Shown here in pieces: positions 1 to 12,076 of a DNA stretch of 64,000 nt. Position 1 is the first letter of the stretch. Each line of letters opens with the position of its first letter. The translations under genes were made by a program, and so were the position numbers. A model generated the notes under the pieces. That model was not told the origin of the DNA. It ran no database searches and saw only the letters and a program-made list of their open reading frames with translations. Source of the DNA: Octopus vulgaris (lineage: Eukaryota); the NCBI GenBank assembly GCA_951406725.2, contig OX597828.1, positions 4,836,001-4,900,000 on the forward strand. The letters run 5' to 3'.

Positions 1-260
1 GGAAAGGAAGTCGTTCCCGGGAGAGTAAGGTGGCGCCGATACGATCGTTAGTGTACCGACTGTATAGCTCTGTGGTCAGTCTAGTGAATTCAGAGAAGAT
101 TTGGGCCATGGAATAATCGACAAAGGCGTTGGCTAAATTGGGGCCCATTCTCGTTCCAATGGTGACTCCTATAACTGCTGGTAGATCTCTCACATGACAT
201 GGATCAGTGGAGAATTGAGAAGTTCAGTGAAGTGAAGGAGTGTAAAAGTGCTAGGTGTGA
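1..260 (-). mobile_element. Penelope-like element reverse transcriptase fragment (degenerate, runs off window edge)
   Basis: Minus-strand translation PSTFTLLHFTELL...IGVTIGTRMGPNLANAFVDYSMAQIFSEFTRLTTELYSRYTNDRIGAT resembles the PLE RT pattern GxAMGTxMGPxYANLF...RYIDD, with YIDD decayed to YTND and a frameshift. Confidence 0.75.
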
Positions 261-1026
261 CGACGAGAGTGAGCGAGAGAGTAAGAGAGAGAGAGAGAGA
301 GAGAGTGAGAGAGAGAAATAGAGAGAATGAGAGCGATGGAGAGGAGAAATAGAGAGAGTAAGAGTGATGGAAAGAGAGGTTACTTGTGCAGTACTCTAAT
401 TTCAAAACCCAGGTAACAGGGAACACAATAGTATTTGACCTCAAATAGCATACATAAAATAAAACAAACAAATTAAGTTCCAATTCTCTAATCGTTCTAA
501 TAATCTTTCAGTATGTTGCCAACTTGCAAAGCGTTAATTATTTTGCTAAATGCTTTACATCACATAAAAAATATTTTTGCAAAGATTATGAAGTGTGAAT
601 CCTCACTAATGACTCAGAAGTGTCAAAGCTAAAGTATTTGTTTGATAATTATACAATAATATGCAACGTCTTTTGTTGATGAAAAAAAATACATTTTCAA
701 TTGTATATAAACTATCATGATTAATTTTTAGAAGTAAATCACACCATATATACATTTACATTAATACATCAGGTTTTAAAACTGAATGTGGCTAACAGGA
801 ATATATTTACATTAACCTGTATGTAAATAGGTCAGTATTGCTGTATAAATATTTTAAAGGTAGATATTCAATGCATAATTAAAATGTGGAAAACATCTGA
901 AGCTGTAAGCTGTTGGATGTATCTTGCTGTATCGTTACCTAACCTAGCATTATTGAAAGATGCTCCAATAGTGCATTTATATATTGTTCAACTGAAAAAC
1001 GTCTTACTTATAGACGCCTGAGAAAT

Positions 1027-1071
1027 ATCTGTCTGTCTATCTGTCTGTCTCTCTATCTATCTATCTATCCA

Positions 1072-1113
<42 letters not shown>

Positions 1114-1138
1114 ACTTTCCGTCCCCCACTTACTCTCG

Positions 1139-1169
<31 letters not shown>

Positions 1170-1198
1170 ACCCCCCCCCACACACACACACATATATA

Positions 1199-1242
<44 letters not shown>
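1027..1242. repeat. Compound microsatellite (TCTG/TCTA)n-(CT)n-(AT)n-(CA)n
   Basis: Directly visible tandem di- and tetranucleotide arrays. Confidence 0.95.
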
Positions 1243-1261
1243 GGCACCAAGCACTCCACCG

Positions 1262-1405
1262 GCAACACTAAGGCCAAGTTGGTAACCAAAATAAAAGATA
1301 TGTTCGAAGATCTTCTCAGGGACCGAGTGGGGAACGCGAGTACCAAATTCCAGAGCCGTCTTGCGACCGAGAGTGGAAGCTGAGAGCGGTCACATTTAGA
1401 AAATT
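1262..1405 (+). mobile_element. Tc1/mariner-superfamily transposase C-terminal fragment
   Basis: NTKAKLVTKIKDMFEDLLRDRVGNASTKFQSRLA, then after a frameshift VEAESGHI. Resembles the C-terminal pattern ...ACxxFxxRLEAVVEAxGGHIE. Confidence 0.6.
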
Positions 1406-1884
1406 TTTATCTTTCAACCATAATATACTCATTAATTTGATTATTTTAATACGTTATTTTCAGGTGAAATACCCAAGGTATATAGAGAGCTGTGCTGATG
1501 CATCTATTTATGTGAAGATATTCCAGTATGCGTTAACACATCCTAATCCAATTGTTACTTTCGAATGACAAAATAATTATCAGTCCACAATATGGATAAT
1601 AAAACATTGAATCATGTTCTTTCGAATATTCTGTTTTATTTCAACCCCAGCGGTTGACTGCAAATTACTTTATGTCTTAGACCATTATACACACACGTAT
1701 TATAACTAAAAGGCTCCGATTTTCAGTACTCAGAGCTGCTCGGTTCTACTCATTAGCGTTTCCGTCAAACTTTTACGGCATATCTCAATGGATATGTCAA
1801 AAGAAATCTAGGATTGGTTTACCAGCTGGTGATCTCAGCAGTGAGTAACTCTGACTGTCTTTCACTTATAGACTATCTCACTTA

Positions 1885-1888
1885 TAGA

Positions 1889-1950
<62 letters not shown>

Positions 1951-2022
1951 CTCTATCTATCTATCTATATATCTATCTATCTATCCATCCATCCATCTAT
2001 CTATCTATCTATCTATATATCA

Positions 2023-2053
<31 letters not shown>

Positions 2054-2107
2054 AATCAATATATCCATCTTTCTATCTCACTCGTTCACCACCTCTCTCT
2101 CTCTCCC

Positions 2108-2164
<57 letters not shown>

Positions 2165-2165
2165 A
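1885..2165. repeat. (CTAT)n-(CT)n-(AT)n-(GT)n compound microsatellite
   Basis: Visible tandem arrays; the source of ORF 1814..2170 (SIYL repeats). Confidence 0.95.
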
Positions 2166-2236
2166 TGTGACCTCATGTGTACCGTTGGCGATTTTTTTCC
2201 TCTGACTTTCCTTCTCTGGATCTTTCCTTCTCCTAT

Positions 2237-2271
2237 GTTTCCGACGTAGAGCTCCGCTCGAAACGTTAAGC
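2237..2271 (+). ncRNA. Degenerate minimal type I hammerhead ribozyme in a pyrimidine-rich Penelope-type repeat (approx. 2168-2370)
   Basis: GTTT-CCGACGT-A-GAGC-TCC-GCTC-GAAAC-GTT-AAGC. Stem I GTTT/AAGC, stem II GAGC/GCTC, GAAA box, palindromic stem III AACGTT. Core deviates from CUGANGA at two positions. Confidence 0.55.
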
Positions 2272-2385
2272 CCCCCTTCTTTCCTTCTTTCCTGAGCGTC
2301 CAATAATACTATATTTGCTCCACGTCCTCACGTTGTTGTGTTTTTTTGTGCTTTCTTGTTTGGATTAACTATATATATATATATA

Positions 2386-2508
2386 TATATTGTATAGAGG
2401 GCATTATTACATAAATGCCTCACACTAAGAGGGACAAAGTCATTACTACCACATTTGTCCCTCTTAGTGTGAGGCATTTATGTGTAATAATGCCCTCTAT
2501 ACAATATA
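2386..2508. repeat. Near-perfect ~53-bp-arm inverted repeat with 15-nt spacer
   Basis: TATTGTATAGAGGGCATTATTACATAAATGCCTCACACTAAGAGGGACAAA and its reverse complement at 2454-2508 differ by one 2-nt indel. Confidence 0.95.
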
Positions 2509-2632
2509 GATATAATTAATTTGTTCAAAAGAAAAAAAATTATTTTCGAATTCTTTTCTTTTATGAGGTTTTCACGCTAACTACCCGATAATTTCTTGTT
2601 AAGATCCCTTATTAAGAGATTATCCTTAATTG

Positions 2633-2683
<51 letters not shown>

Positions 2684-4130
2684 CATACATCTATGTGTAT
2701 ATATTTGTGTTCGAAATGGTTGTTTTCGAAATAATTTATTCAATGTTCAGTTCTTAGGTATTGCTTTTTAACATTTATAGATGATTGTACTCCATTATAT
2801 AAATCCTTGTATTTTGGGAGCTTCAGTAAATGAAGCATGGGAAGAATTAAAAATTTGATGTACAAGTCTACAACTGCAAGCAGTGAAACATTTTCCCTAC
2901 CGCTCCACCGATTCTGGCATTTCAGAGCTAATCAGTCTTGTATGGCTGTTATACTTCAAACCAAACATGATGTCTATATATGTGTGGTACATATTTTCTA
3001 TTAGCTGACATGATTATTTGTACGTATTTCTGTTTGTTAGTAATAAAACATATCTACAGATATAAAACTGCCTTCCTCTCACAGAAATTTATTACATTTT
3101 TTATATTTTTTCTTTTTAAAATATATTTAACTCGACGAATCTGAAATTCAAAGTGTCTCCTCTTTCACAATTTTAAACATATTCGAAGATTCCAGTCTCA
3201 TAACAATTCAACTTTAAAATCGTTAAGAGTAATTAACATATTGTGTATCTTCTAGTAACATTTCCCTGATTATCTCTCTACTGATCACGTCCAGGTACTT
3301 GTATACGTGACATTATTTATAAGACTGTCCCAGAAGCATTTAATTAATGAATTAGGAATTTGCTTTTCGCCGACATGATTAGGTTGAGCTTCATTGATTA
3401 TAACCTCTTCAATCTATCTTTATTGCAACCATTAATAGCTGTCATGAATTAAGCAACATTTTAATCAGACCATTTTCTCACACAGTCAACTTCATCCTCA
3501 TGTTCCTATTATCGACCATGTCAGGTCATACTACGAAAATATGGCTTCACATTCGTGACACCATTTGAAATACGCTTTATGAAGACTATGAAGTATCTGA
3601 AGCTCTTTAACTAGATTCAGAAGGAGACATTCTATAATAATAATTGATCGGTTTGCATGAAATTAATTAGCAATATCGAACATAATTATTATCGGTATAT
3701 AAAATCACATCAACAATAGACTTCGCAAGAAATATATGATTTTATTATTACTGAAGAAATATATAGAAATATTTTTTTTGTTTTTTATATGATAAGGGTT
3801 CCTCGAAACACCTGCGAAAAATCTATTGTTCATACGCCTATCATAATTATTTAACTGATAAATATAATCATAAATATAAGTATCATTGTGATATTGTGTT
3901 TATTGTTGATGTTGCTTAAACCATATTAAATCTCTGAGCGAGAGTTAAACAGTAACAGTATGAGATCGTAAAATATATTTGCCAACTAAATGTGGCGGTG
4001 CCATAGAAGACGATCCTACCGTTGTTTTTAGCCCCAAGAAGACATCTCCTCCAGCTGGCTAACTACAAACTGCATCCGATTAGCATTTGTGAATGGATGT
4101 CATCGTTCCCATCTCTAACCTTACTTGATA

Positions 4131-4174
4131 CACACAGACCCGGGTTCTTGGTAGTTACCCGTCTTCAGTGCATG
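4131..4174 (-). ncRNA. Minimal type I hammerhead ribozyme, one A lost from the GAAA box
   Basis: Minus strand CATGCA-CTGAAGA-CGGGTAACTACCAA-GAAC-CCGG-GTC-TGTGTG. Stem I has 6 bp including two G-U pairs, stem II is GGT/ACC, stem III is palindromic ACCCGGGT. Confidence 0.7.
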
Positions 4175-4605
4175 ATAATCACTAGCTAGTGTTGAAAACT
4201 CATTCATCTCGAAAAATAATATATGCTTTTGCAGCGACAAATTGTCGCTGATATCAAAAACGGAGAAATAAGCAATTTTAAATCTCTGAGCGAGAGGTAA
4301 ACAGTAGTAGTGCGGAATCGTAAAATATATTGAGCGATGACCTTTGTCCGCAAATAGTAATCCTACTCAGTGTGTCGTTAGCCAGCTGATAGAGATCTCT
4401 TCCAGGGGCTAAAAACAACAGTAGCATCATCCTCTATGGGACCGCCACATTTAGTTGGCAAATATATTTTATGATTCCGTACTGTAAGTGTTTACCTCTC
4501 GCTCAGTTTATTTCTCATTTTTCTAGATCAGCGACAGTTTGTTGCTGGAAAAAGTATATAGTATTTTGTGAGTGGAAGGAGTTTTCATTACTAACTGGTG
4601 ATTAT

Positions 4606-4650
4606 CACACACTGAAGACGGGTAACTACCATGAAACCCGGGTCTGCTTG
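4606..4650 (+). ncRNA. Minimal type I hammerhead ribozyme with intact core
   Basis: CACACA-CTGAAGA(4612-4618)-CGGGTAACTACCAT-GAAAC(4633-4637)-CCGG-GTC(4642-4644)-TGCTTG. All core positions are canonical with a GUC cleavage triplet; stem I has two mismatches in this copy. Confidence 0.8.
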
Positions 4651-5174
4651 TATCACGTAAGGTTAGAGATGGGGGTGTATCGTTAGCCAGCTAGAGGAGA
4701 TGTCTTGTTGGAGCTAAAAACAACAGTAATATCGTCTGGAACCGACACATTTAGTTGGCAAATATATTTTACGGTTGCTTAAAATCTTTATTATTTACAC
4801 TGTCCAGAATTTGCAGCCAGTACTCAGCTACGCATAACCCACACGCTGCGTACGCGCACGCACATACACACACACACGTATGCCTACATAAATATGTGCA
4901 TATATGCACACGTATATATCAAAGAAAGAGAGTGAAAGAGAGAAAGAAAGTAAGACAGACAGAAACTAGATTAATAGACAGATGTGCGTAATTTTTGAGT
5001 TTGTAATTGTAGTTTATTAATGTTTATCGGTTTATATCGTTTGTATAAAACGTCTACTTGCTTATAATCTCCATGAGTATTTTTGCCTGGTTTGTTGAGA
5101 TTTGTGTTAGCGCAGTTTTTGTTTGTATTTTGAGTTGTAGTAAATCTGTAGACTACTGTTTAATCTTATAATCT

Positions 5175-5425
5175 TATACTTGCTTCAATCATGAAACTGC
5201 GGCCATGCCGGAGAACCGCTTTGAGATATGTTTTTGGAATTAATCAACTACAGTACTTTTTTATTGTAAGCCTGCTAATTATTCTATCGGATTCTTTCAC
5301 CGCCCCACTAATTTACGCGTGCTTCCGCTAATTTTACGCTAGTTTCCGTCTAACAGATCCACTAAGAATGCTTTGGTCGACCAGAAGCTATAGCAGAAGA
5401 CACTAGCACAAGCTTTTGTGCGGTG
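5175..5425 (-). mobile_element. tRNA-derived SINE family B (CORE-like), degraded copy
   Basis: Reverse-complement similarity to the full copy at 40869-41265 (TGCGGCCATGC, TTTCCGTCTA, GCTTTGGTCG, AGAAGACACT). Confidence 0.75.
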
Positions 5426-5488
5426 ATAAAGTGATTGCTAACATCAGGATAGAATTTTGTTTGAATACAGTGAGTAAATTTTTGTCAG

Positions 5489-5519
<31 letters not shown>

Positions 5520-5530
5520 GTGTATGTATG

Positions 5531-5563
<33 letters not shown>

Positions 5564-6088
5564 ATTTCTACCGATTATATACGTTTTTAATTATTTTTTT
5601 TTGCAATTTACTTAATCATTGATATTTTATTGTTATTTTAATTTCAATATTTCTATTATATGTAATTTTCTAGATGGTGTAATATAATTGTTCATTTTGA
5701 ATTGATAAAATGTGGTTTTTCTCTAATTTTATAAATATATATAATATTATGCAGGATTGTTAATGACTTGGCATTACTCGCTGTGGTATTGCTGCCGCTC
5801 CCTGGTGTGTAATGTTCAACTTTCTGTCTGTTCTTTGCAGCATGCTGAAGTATATTTTGTAATTGTCACTCCTTGGTCACCATATCTGAAGCACCCTGGA
5901 ACTTCATATCTGCCTATATTACTGTACAAAATCACATGTCAAAAATATCTCTGATTTCAAGGGTTTGATTAGTCCAGTTGTTACTTCATGGACTGTTAAC
6001 ATATGTCACGTGCACATTGATACTAGAATTTCACCGATATTGTTGAGATAAAACATGTCTGTCGTTTTGTTATAGTAGTCTATTCTTA

Positions 6089-6263
6089 TCTATAATAAGA
6101 ACAGAAAAGGAAGTCGCACACGTATATTCAGGTCTTTCTAAACTTGTTTTAAGTTTGATGTGGTTAATAAGCAGCGATCTCTGCCGAATAAAAGTAAGAG
6201 GATGGCGTGATGAGAGAAAGCGATTCAAGCGAGTAGGCTCGGATATAGTTGCTATACAACTAG
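6089..6263 (+). mobile_element. Possible small non-autonomous Helitron
   Basis: Starts A|TC-TATAATAA and ends CTAG|T, with small hairpins (CGAG-TAGG-CTCG; TATAG-TTG-CTATA) just upstream of the end. Single copy, so weak. Confidence 0.3.
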
Positions 6264-7023
6264 TTTTAGTTTAATGCCTCTCTTATTGAAATTTGTGGAA
6301 GAAAACCTGTCGCAACGGAGACATGTTTTTAAATTGCATTCCTACCAAATAATATTTAGGCATCGTTGTTCGTGCAAAGTTACTTGAGTGACATTGTATT
6401 CGACATTGCTATCGAAAATAATATGTAGATTTATGTAATACAAACGACCGCATATAGTTTATGCTTTTGTATATTTGGAAGGAATAAGAAAGGAAATAAA
6501 GAAATGATATACTTGTGGCGCCACTTACTCAGAAAGCCAGCTTATATAAATATTTCTCCCATAGCACGCAGATAAAGGACATACACACACACACACTTCA
6601 GAGATTCTCTAATATAGGTACATAAAACCACATACATAGATTGTTGCATCAATTCTGATGCAGTGCGTACAGCTGAAGTTCCCGCCTTATCCTTCAGACA
6701 TGTTAAGTAAGCTTAACTATAATAAATTTTCTTTTTTAAAATATCAGAGATTTGATTATTTGCTGAGATTTGATTTTTAGGGGTTACTCCCTTCGGATTT
6801 GTTTAACTTTTATTCGTATTTGTTCTGTCAATTCTACCTGTTTTGTTAAGATTTAAATAATGAGAACATTCTCGTTGCAAAAATGTGATAAATAGCTAAA
6901 ATAAAAAACAAAAATTTTAGATGCTTAGAATTTCCATCAATGCGTTACACTAATACTTTATTATCATATATATTTTATCCTAACTATATTTTTGTATCAT
7001 AATAACTGAAAAGGTGAAGGTAA

Positions 7024-7231
7024 GGAGATGGAAGAATCGAATGCACGCCGGGCGGAAGGATTAAACATTTGATCTGCCTTTACGTTTTGAGTTCAAATTC
7101 CACCGCGTTCGATTTTGCCTTTCATCACTTTGCAGTCGATAAAATGAGTGCCAGTTGAGTATGGGGGTCGATGTAACGGATTTAACCTCTCCCTTGAAAT
7201 TGCTGGCCGTGTGCGAAAATTTGAAACGAAT
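7024..7231 (+). mobile_element. tRNA-derived SINE family A (Nin/Deu-domain-like)
   Basis: B-box-like GAGTTCAAATTCC, central GCCTTTCATC...GTCGATAAAATGAGT, 3' AAATTGCTGGCC...TTTGAAAC; many copies in the window. Confidence 0.85.
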
Positions 7232-8476
7232 GTTTCAAAATCTAGCCTGCTATTTGTCCTTTTCAACAAAGTTAACAACATTTAACTGAGTCAATTAAGT
7301 GATACACCCAGAAGTAATTAAATCCATGAAATTGTCAAGCTCTCGCACACAGAAAATAGAACCACTGTGGTAGTGTGAAATCTTATAGGATAACTCAGTA
7401 GCGAAGTATCAATATTACCCGGTCCCGTTTGTTCTACCCGAATTTCCTAATAAAATATGTTATCAAAGCCAGGTTCTCCAGACTTCCCCATATGTTTAAG
7501 GCCACCATTTCCAAACCGAGGTAATAAGACAAGAATTCTCGATATGCGCCAAGGTATGTTTTTTTACTACTTGTCAGTGAGACTGTCCTAAACTAGTCTA
7601 TGTTCTATTGACGTCCAAGTTCTCTCTGCGCACAGTTGATCAACCTCTTGAAAACAGAGTTGATGATCACACTATAATAGGAAGAATACGATTGAAGGAA
7701 GGAGATATTCTATTTCTGAAAGAAAAAAAAAAAACATTGAGATATGAGAAGCAACTAAGAATTGAGCGGACACAGCAGAAGTGAAGGATAGATTCTAACA
7801 TTTACAATTTGAGGCGATTGATGAAACTTGACTCTACCTGCAACATTATAGCAGAAGTTCATCGAGGATCTGCGAGATAACACAACCCTCCCAACACTCA
7901 AACACGAAGAAATGGAAGACAAGTATACAATGAGAGAAACATTCATAAGAAAGGAAGATACACATCTTTATTTCACAATAATAAAAATGAACCATGCGTT
8001 CAAATGATAGACACACGTACAATGCAAAGAAACCTTAAATGATGCTTTAGACTAGACGCAAGATGTATGAGAAAGAATACATATTTTAGGAACAGCATAA
8101 AACAACAAGAACAAAAAAATATCATTTGTAGATCCCTTAACAATTTTACAATGGGGTCAGTTCTAAATACGATACAAACAAAAAATACTCATGAACCTAA
8201 TGCCAATTGAAAATATCTCATATCAGCTTTTATTAGTAAACCACCTGATGTCATTTTAACACAAATCCAACAAAACATAAATGAAGGTCTAACACTAAAC
8301 AATAGACGATTTCACACACACACACAAAAGAGCTGCCCAGAGTAAGTGGTTAATTATTGAAATTTGTAAACTATATATTCTTGATAAATTGTAATAATTA
8401 ATTGTTAGATTGTATATTGTTATATTTATCATATATATCTAATTTGAACACTCGAATATTAATATTCTAATAGCTC

Positions 8477-8662
8477 TTAGCCCGCCGGGCGAAACACTTA
8501 GCGGCATTTCTTCCGTCTTTGCGTTGTGAGTTCAAATTCCGCTCGGATCGACTTTGTGCTTTATCCTTTCAGAGTCGTTAAATAAGTACCAGTTGAGCAC
8601 ATGGGCCAATAGAATGAGTACTAGTAGAACATGGTGGTCATGTGCCAAAATTGGAAACCAAT
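8477..8662 (+). mobile_element. SINE family A copy
   Basis: GAGTTCAAATTCCGC...AATAAGTACCAGTTGAGCAC...GTGCCAAAATTGGAAACC. Confidence 0.85.
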
Positions 8663-10714
8663 ATTCTAAAAGATTAGTGCAAACAATAATAATATTAGGT
8701 TAAATATTTTAATTTAATCGATGAATGGTGTTTAAACATTTTTTAATTCCTGGTGTGTGCATTAATAAACATTCACGTCTCTAGCATTTGAATAATTAAG
8801 AGAAAATCGTAAGAGTTGATAAAGGTATAACTCAGTTAGGTCCCTTACATCTTTTCCGTACTACATCACCTGTGTTATCCTATGATGTATGCCTTTCTAA
8901 AATTGATTAAACTGAAACTGGCTTTATCTCGACATGCTACGAAACGTGCTTTCTCAAAATATTTCTTTTAAATCGTTTGCATATACATGCAAATAAGCAT
9001 ACATGCATACATACATACATACATACATACATGCATACATACATAAACACATATACATATTTATATATACCGGTGATGTGATTGTGTGTGCATGTTTGTG
9101 TGTGTACATGAGTGTATCTTCAGTTTTTCTTTGTATGTTATTGAGAGCAAGTCAGCTCTACGTATTCTAAATTGAAGATTTCTAATAGCTATTACAGTTA
9201 TAAATATCCATCAAGACATGAATACTGCAGCTCGTTCACTTGGAAACTATTAATGAGAGAAAACTACTAAAATCTAGAACATTTGCATCGCACGTGCGCA
9301 GAATGTAATCAAATTTAAATGTACGTTTTAATTTGGAATTATTATTTAAACCTTCGACTGAATATATGAATACTTAACAAAAATAATTACCAGCAACTGC
9401 ATTTCTCTCTTTATATCATTATTTTTTTCGGTTTATTTCATTAAATTATTCTTCGTTGGAGACAAAAGCAAATAAAATATTCCTCTAACTTGAAATTATA
9501 AGATTATATAAATTGTACGTACACGAGCAAGCACGTAACTCCATGCACACACACAGACACAGACACACACACACACACCTATTACACGCTTACACAAAAA
9601 CATTAATATAAGTACACTCACACATATATACACTTACGTAAAACTAGAAAAGTATACATACGTTCAGTCTTATGAATACGCTTATCATCAAATGTATACT
9701 ATAAATGTAAACTATAAAAGTATAACTGTTTCCCCAATACTGTTTATGAGTACCTTCTATGAAGATACGTGGATGATAAGATTTACTTAGATTATAAATC
9801 ACATCTGAACTACATTTAGAGTGCTTTACATTCACTGACACTATCAAAGAAATTTGAGCATTATTGACTAATGTATCAAGAATTCCCGCAATATTTTACT
9901 TACCCCATGAATGCCCTTTAGATATGTATGTGTCGTCTTTACATTCTGTTTCGCCACTTATTAAATAGACTCCATTGTCGGTATTTAATTCTTCTCCTTA
10001 TTCTAATTCTTCTCAGAATCAGTACTTCTAGTCGCAGAAGTGACGTCAAGTAGTGAAAAATTAATTTTTCTTAGACACGATGATATTTTAAAGCTTAAAT
10101 GACGGACACCATCTATTGATATTTCTGTAGATAACAGCGGACGTAATCAATTGATGTTTCAAAAATGTTATTCTGCAAAACACAAACAATTATAGTTCCT
10201 CAAATTATCTGAAGGAAAAATAAGTATAAAAATTATCCTTAAGAAATTTTTTACCTCCCTGTTTGGCATACAGATTTACGCAACCATTTCCCACTGATTA
10301 AGAATTAAACAAATCATCTTTCCACCGGAGTGACTGAATTCAGTATTGCGAACCATGAATTTGTCGAAAATTACATGGTCTCTCCCTCCTATTCTCCCAT
10401 CTACCTCTCTCTCTCCATTTCTCCCACCAACCTCTTTCTCTCTCCCTTTCTCTCCACCTACCTCTCTCGCTGCTTCACAGAGAGAAGAATACAATACGTT
10501 ATACTAAGTGTTAGGCAGATGTAGCTACTGAGTGTGAGTGCATGGCTCATGATGAAATGTCGGTGGGAGAAAGAGTAATGTAACACATCCGGCATACCAG
10601 TAGATATACCATAGATTCTGGAAGAAAGTAATAAATGTCATTATCTGGTGTACGGAAAATAACGGGACCTAAATCAGTTAAGAAAAAATCATTGCAATAA
10701 TAATGATGATTTCA

Positions 10715-11140
10715 TTTATTTGCTATAAGGCGATGATGGGGCAATACAAAGACAGACATAAAGTGCTGGGGTTTAGATATAATGAAAAATTAAAAAAAAC
10801 AAGAAAGAAAGAAAGTATACACGGTACACACTGTAACAGAAGGGACTCATGCATAGCATACAAAGGCTTCAAAAAAGGGGTGTGGGGGATGTGGCCCTCC
10901 TGATACAGGAAGGCCTCTTGGGATAATCAATGAACCCCAGTGTTCGAGATTTCCCTGAAACACCAGGAGCAAGACCCCTCTCCAATTTCCTCTCTCCGAC
11001 TCACAGGTGCACACTTAGAGGTACCATCTACTCTTGCCATTTTCGTAACTTTCAGCCACCTTTCAGTAAACTCACTCGAGGACAGCACCTCACTCTCCGC
11101 TCTCAATTTCCTTTTCAAGTGAAACTTGGAGAAGTCAAAA
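10715..11140 (-). mobile_element. L1/Tx1-type LINE 3' end (ORF2 C-terminus plus 3' UTR)
   Basis: FDFSKFHLKRKLRAESEVLSSSEFTERWLKVTKMARVDG is homologous to the ORF2 end at 59160-59300. The element ends in GCCTTATAGCAAATAAA, like GCCCTTGTGGCCAATAAA at 59545-59562. Confidence 0.8.
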
Positions 11141-11147
11141 ACAATAA

Positions 11148-11577
11148 TCCTTTCTACCAAAGGCACAAAGCCTGAAATTTGGTTAGGAGGGGACTAGTCG
11201 ATTACATCGGCTCTGGTGTTTCACTGGTACTTAATTTATCGACCCGAAAGGATGGAAACCAAAGTCCACCTTCGCTGAATTTGAACTCAGGACATAGTGA
11301 CGGGTGAAATACCGCTAAGCATCTCATCCAGCGCCTTTTATGATAATAATAGTAATAATAAAAATAATGGTTTCAAATTTTACCACAAGGGCAGCAGTAC
11401 TCGAGGTGGGGCTGAGTCGATGAAATTGATCCCGGTGATCAACTTATAATTATTTTATCGACCCCGAGAGAATGAAAGGCAAAGACGACCTCAGCGGAAT
11501 TTGAACTCAGAACAAAAAGACAGACGGTCAAATTTTGCCCGGCATGCTAACGATTCTGTCAGCTCACCGACTTTTGC

Positions 11578-11648
<71 letters not shown>

Positions 11649-11854
11649 TGATGATAATCTTTTCTACTGTAGGCACAAGGGCTGAAACTTTGGGGGAGGG
11701 AGTAAGTCGACTGATGACTGATTTATCGACCCCGAATGGATGAAACGCAAAGTCGGCCTCTGTGGAATTTGAACTCAGAACGTAGCTACGGGCGAAATAT
11801 CGCTAAGAATTTTTCCCCGGCATGCTAACGATTCTTCCAGTTCGCCGCCTTCGC

Positions 11855-11909
<55 letters not shown>

Positions 11910-12076
11910 GTTTCTAATTTTGGCGCAATGCCAGCAATTTTGGGGAAGGGAAATGTATTAAACTGGTACCTATTTTATCGACCCCACCAGCTTTTGAACT
12001 CAGAACATAAAGTGGGAAGAAATGCTGTTAAGCAATTCTTCCGACGCGGTAGCAATTCTTCTTGCTCATCGCCTTA
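11148..12076 (-). mobile_element. Cluster of four SINE family A copies (11148-11335, 11368-11570, 11657-11851, 11910-12076) separated by (AAT)n
   Basis: Each copy contains TTTGAACTCAG (B-box on minus) and TTTATCGACCC; (AAT)n spacers are visible. Confidence 0.9.

Larger units (their letters stand above)
3926..4774. mobile_element. Hammerhead-bearing ~350-bp tandem repeat (retrozyme / Penelope pLTR-like), arranged as two divergent arms
   Basis: AAATCTCTGAGCGAGAG recurs at 3928 and 4280 (period 352, minus-oriented arm). An inverted arm at ~4374-4774 has TTGGCAAATATATTTT at 4455 and 4755. Each arm carries one hammerhead fold. Confidence 0.8.

Noticed and set aside
3750-3775. CTGAAGA...GAAA hammerhead-like core (similar cases at ~46390-46415 and ~54930-54970 on minus)
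   Set aside because: Each lacks stem II, the GAAA box or stem I pairing.
7740-8330. A-rich, protein-like stretch, possibly a LINE ORF1 relic
   Set aside because: It has multiple stops and no motif I can name; it needs BLASTX.
10041-10048. Full CRE palindrome TGACGTCA
   Set aside because: One 8-mer in 64 kb is near chance expectation and has no supporting context.
11148-12076. Regularly spaced repeats superficially like a CRISPR array
   Set aside because: The units are ~200-bp diverged SINEs with microsatellite spacers in eukaryotic DNA; there are no cas genes.
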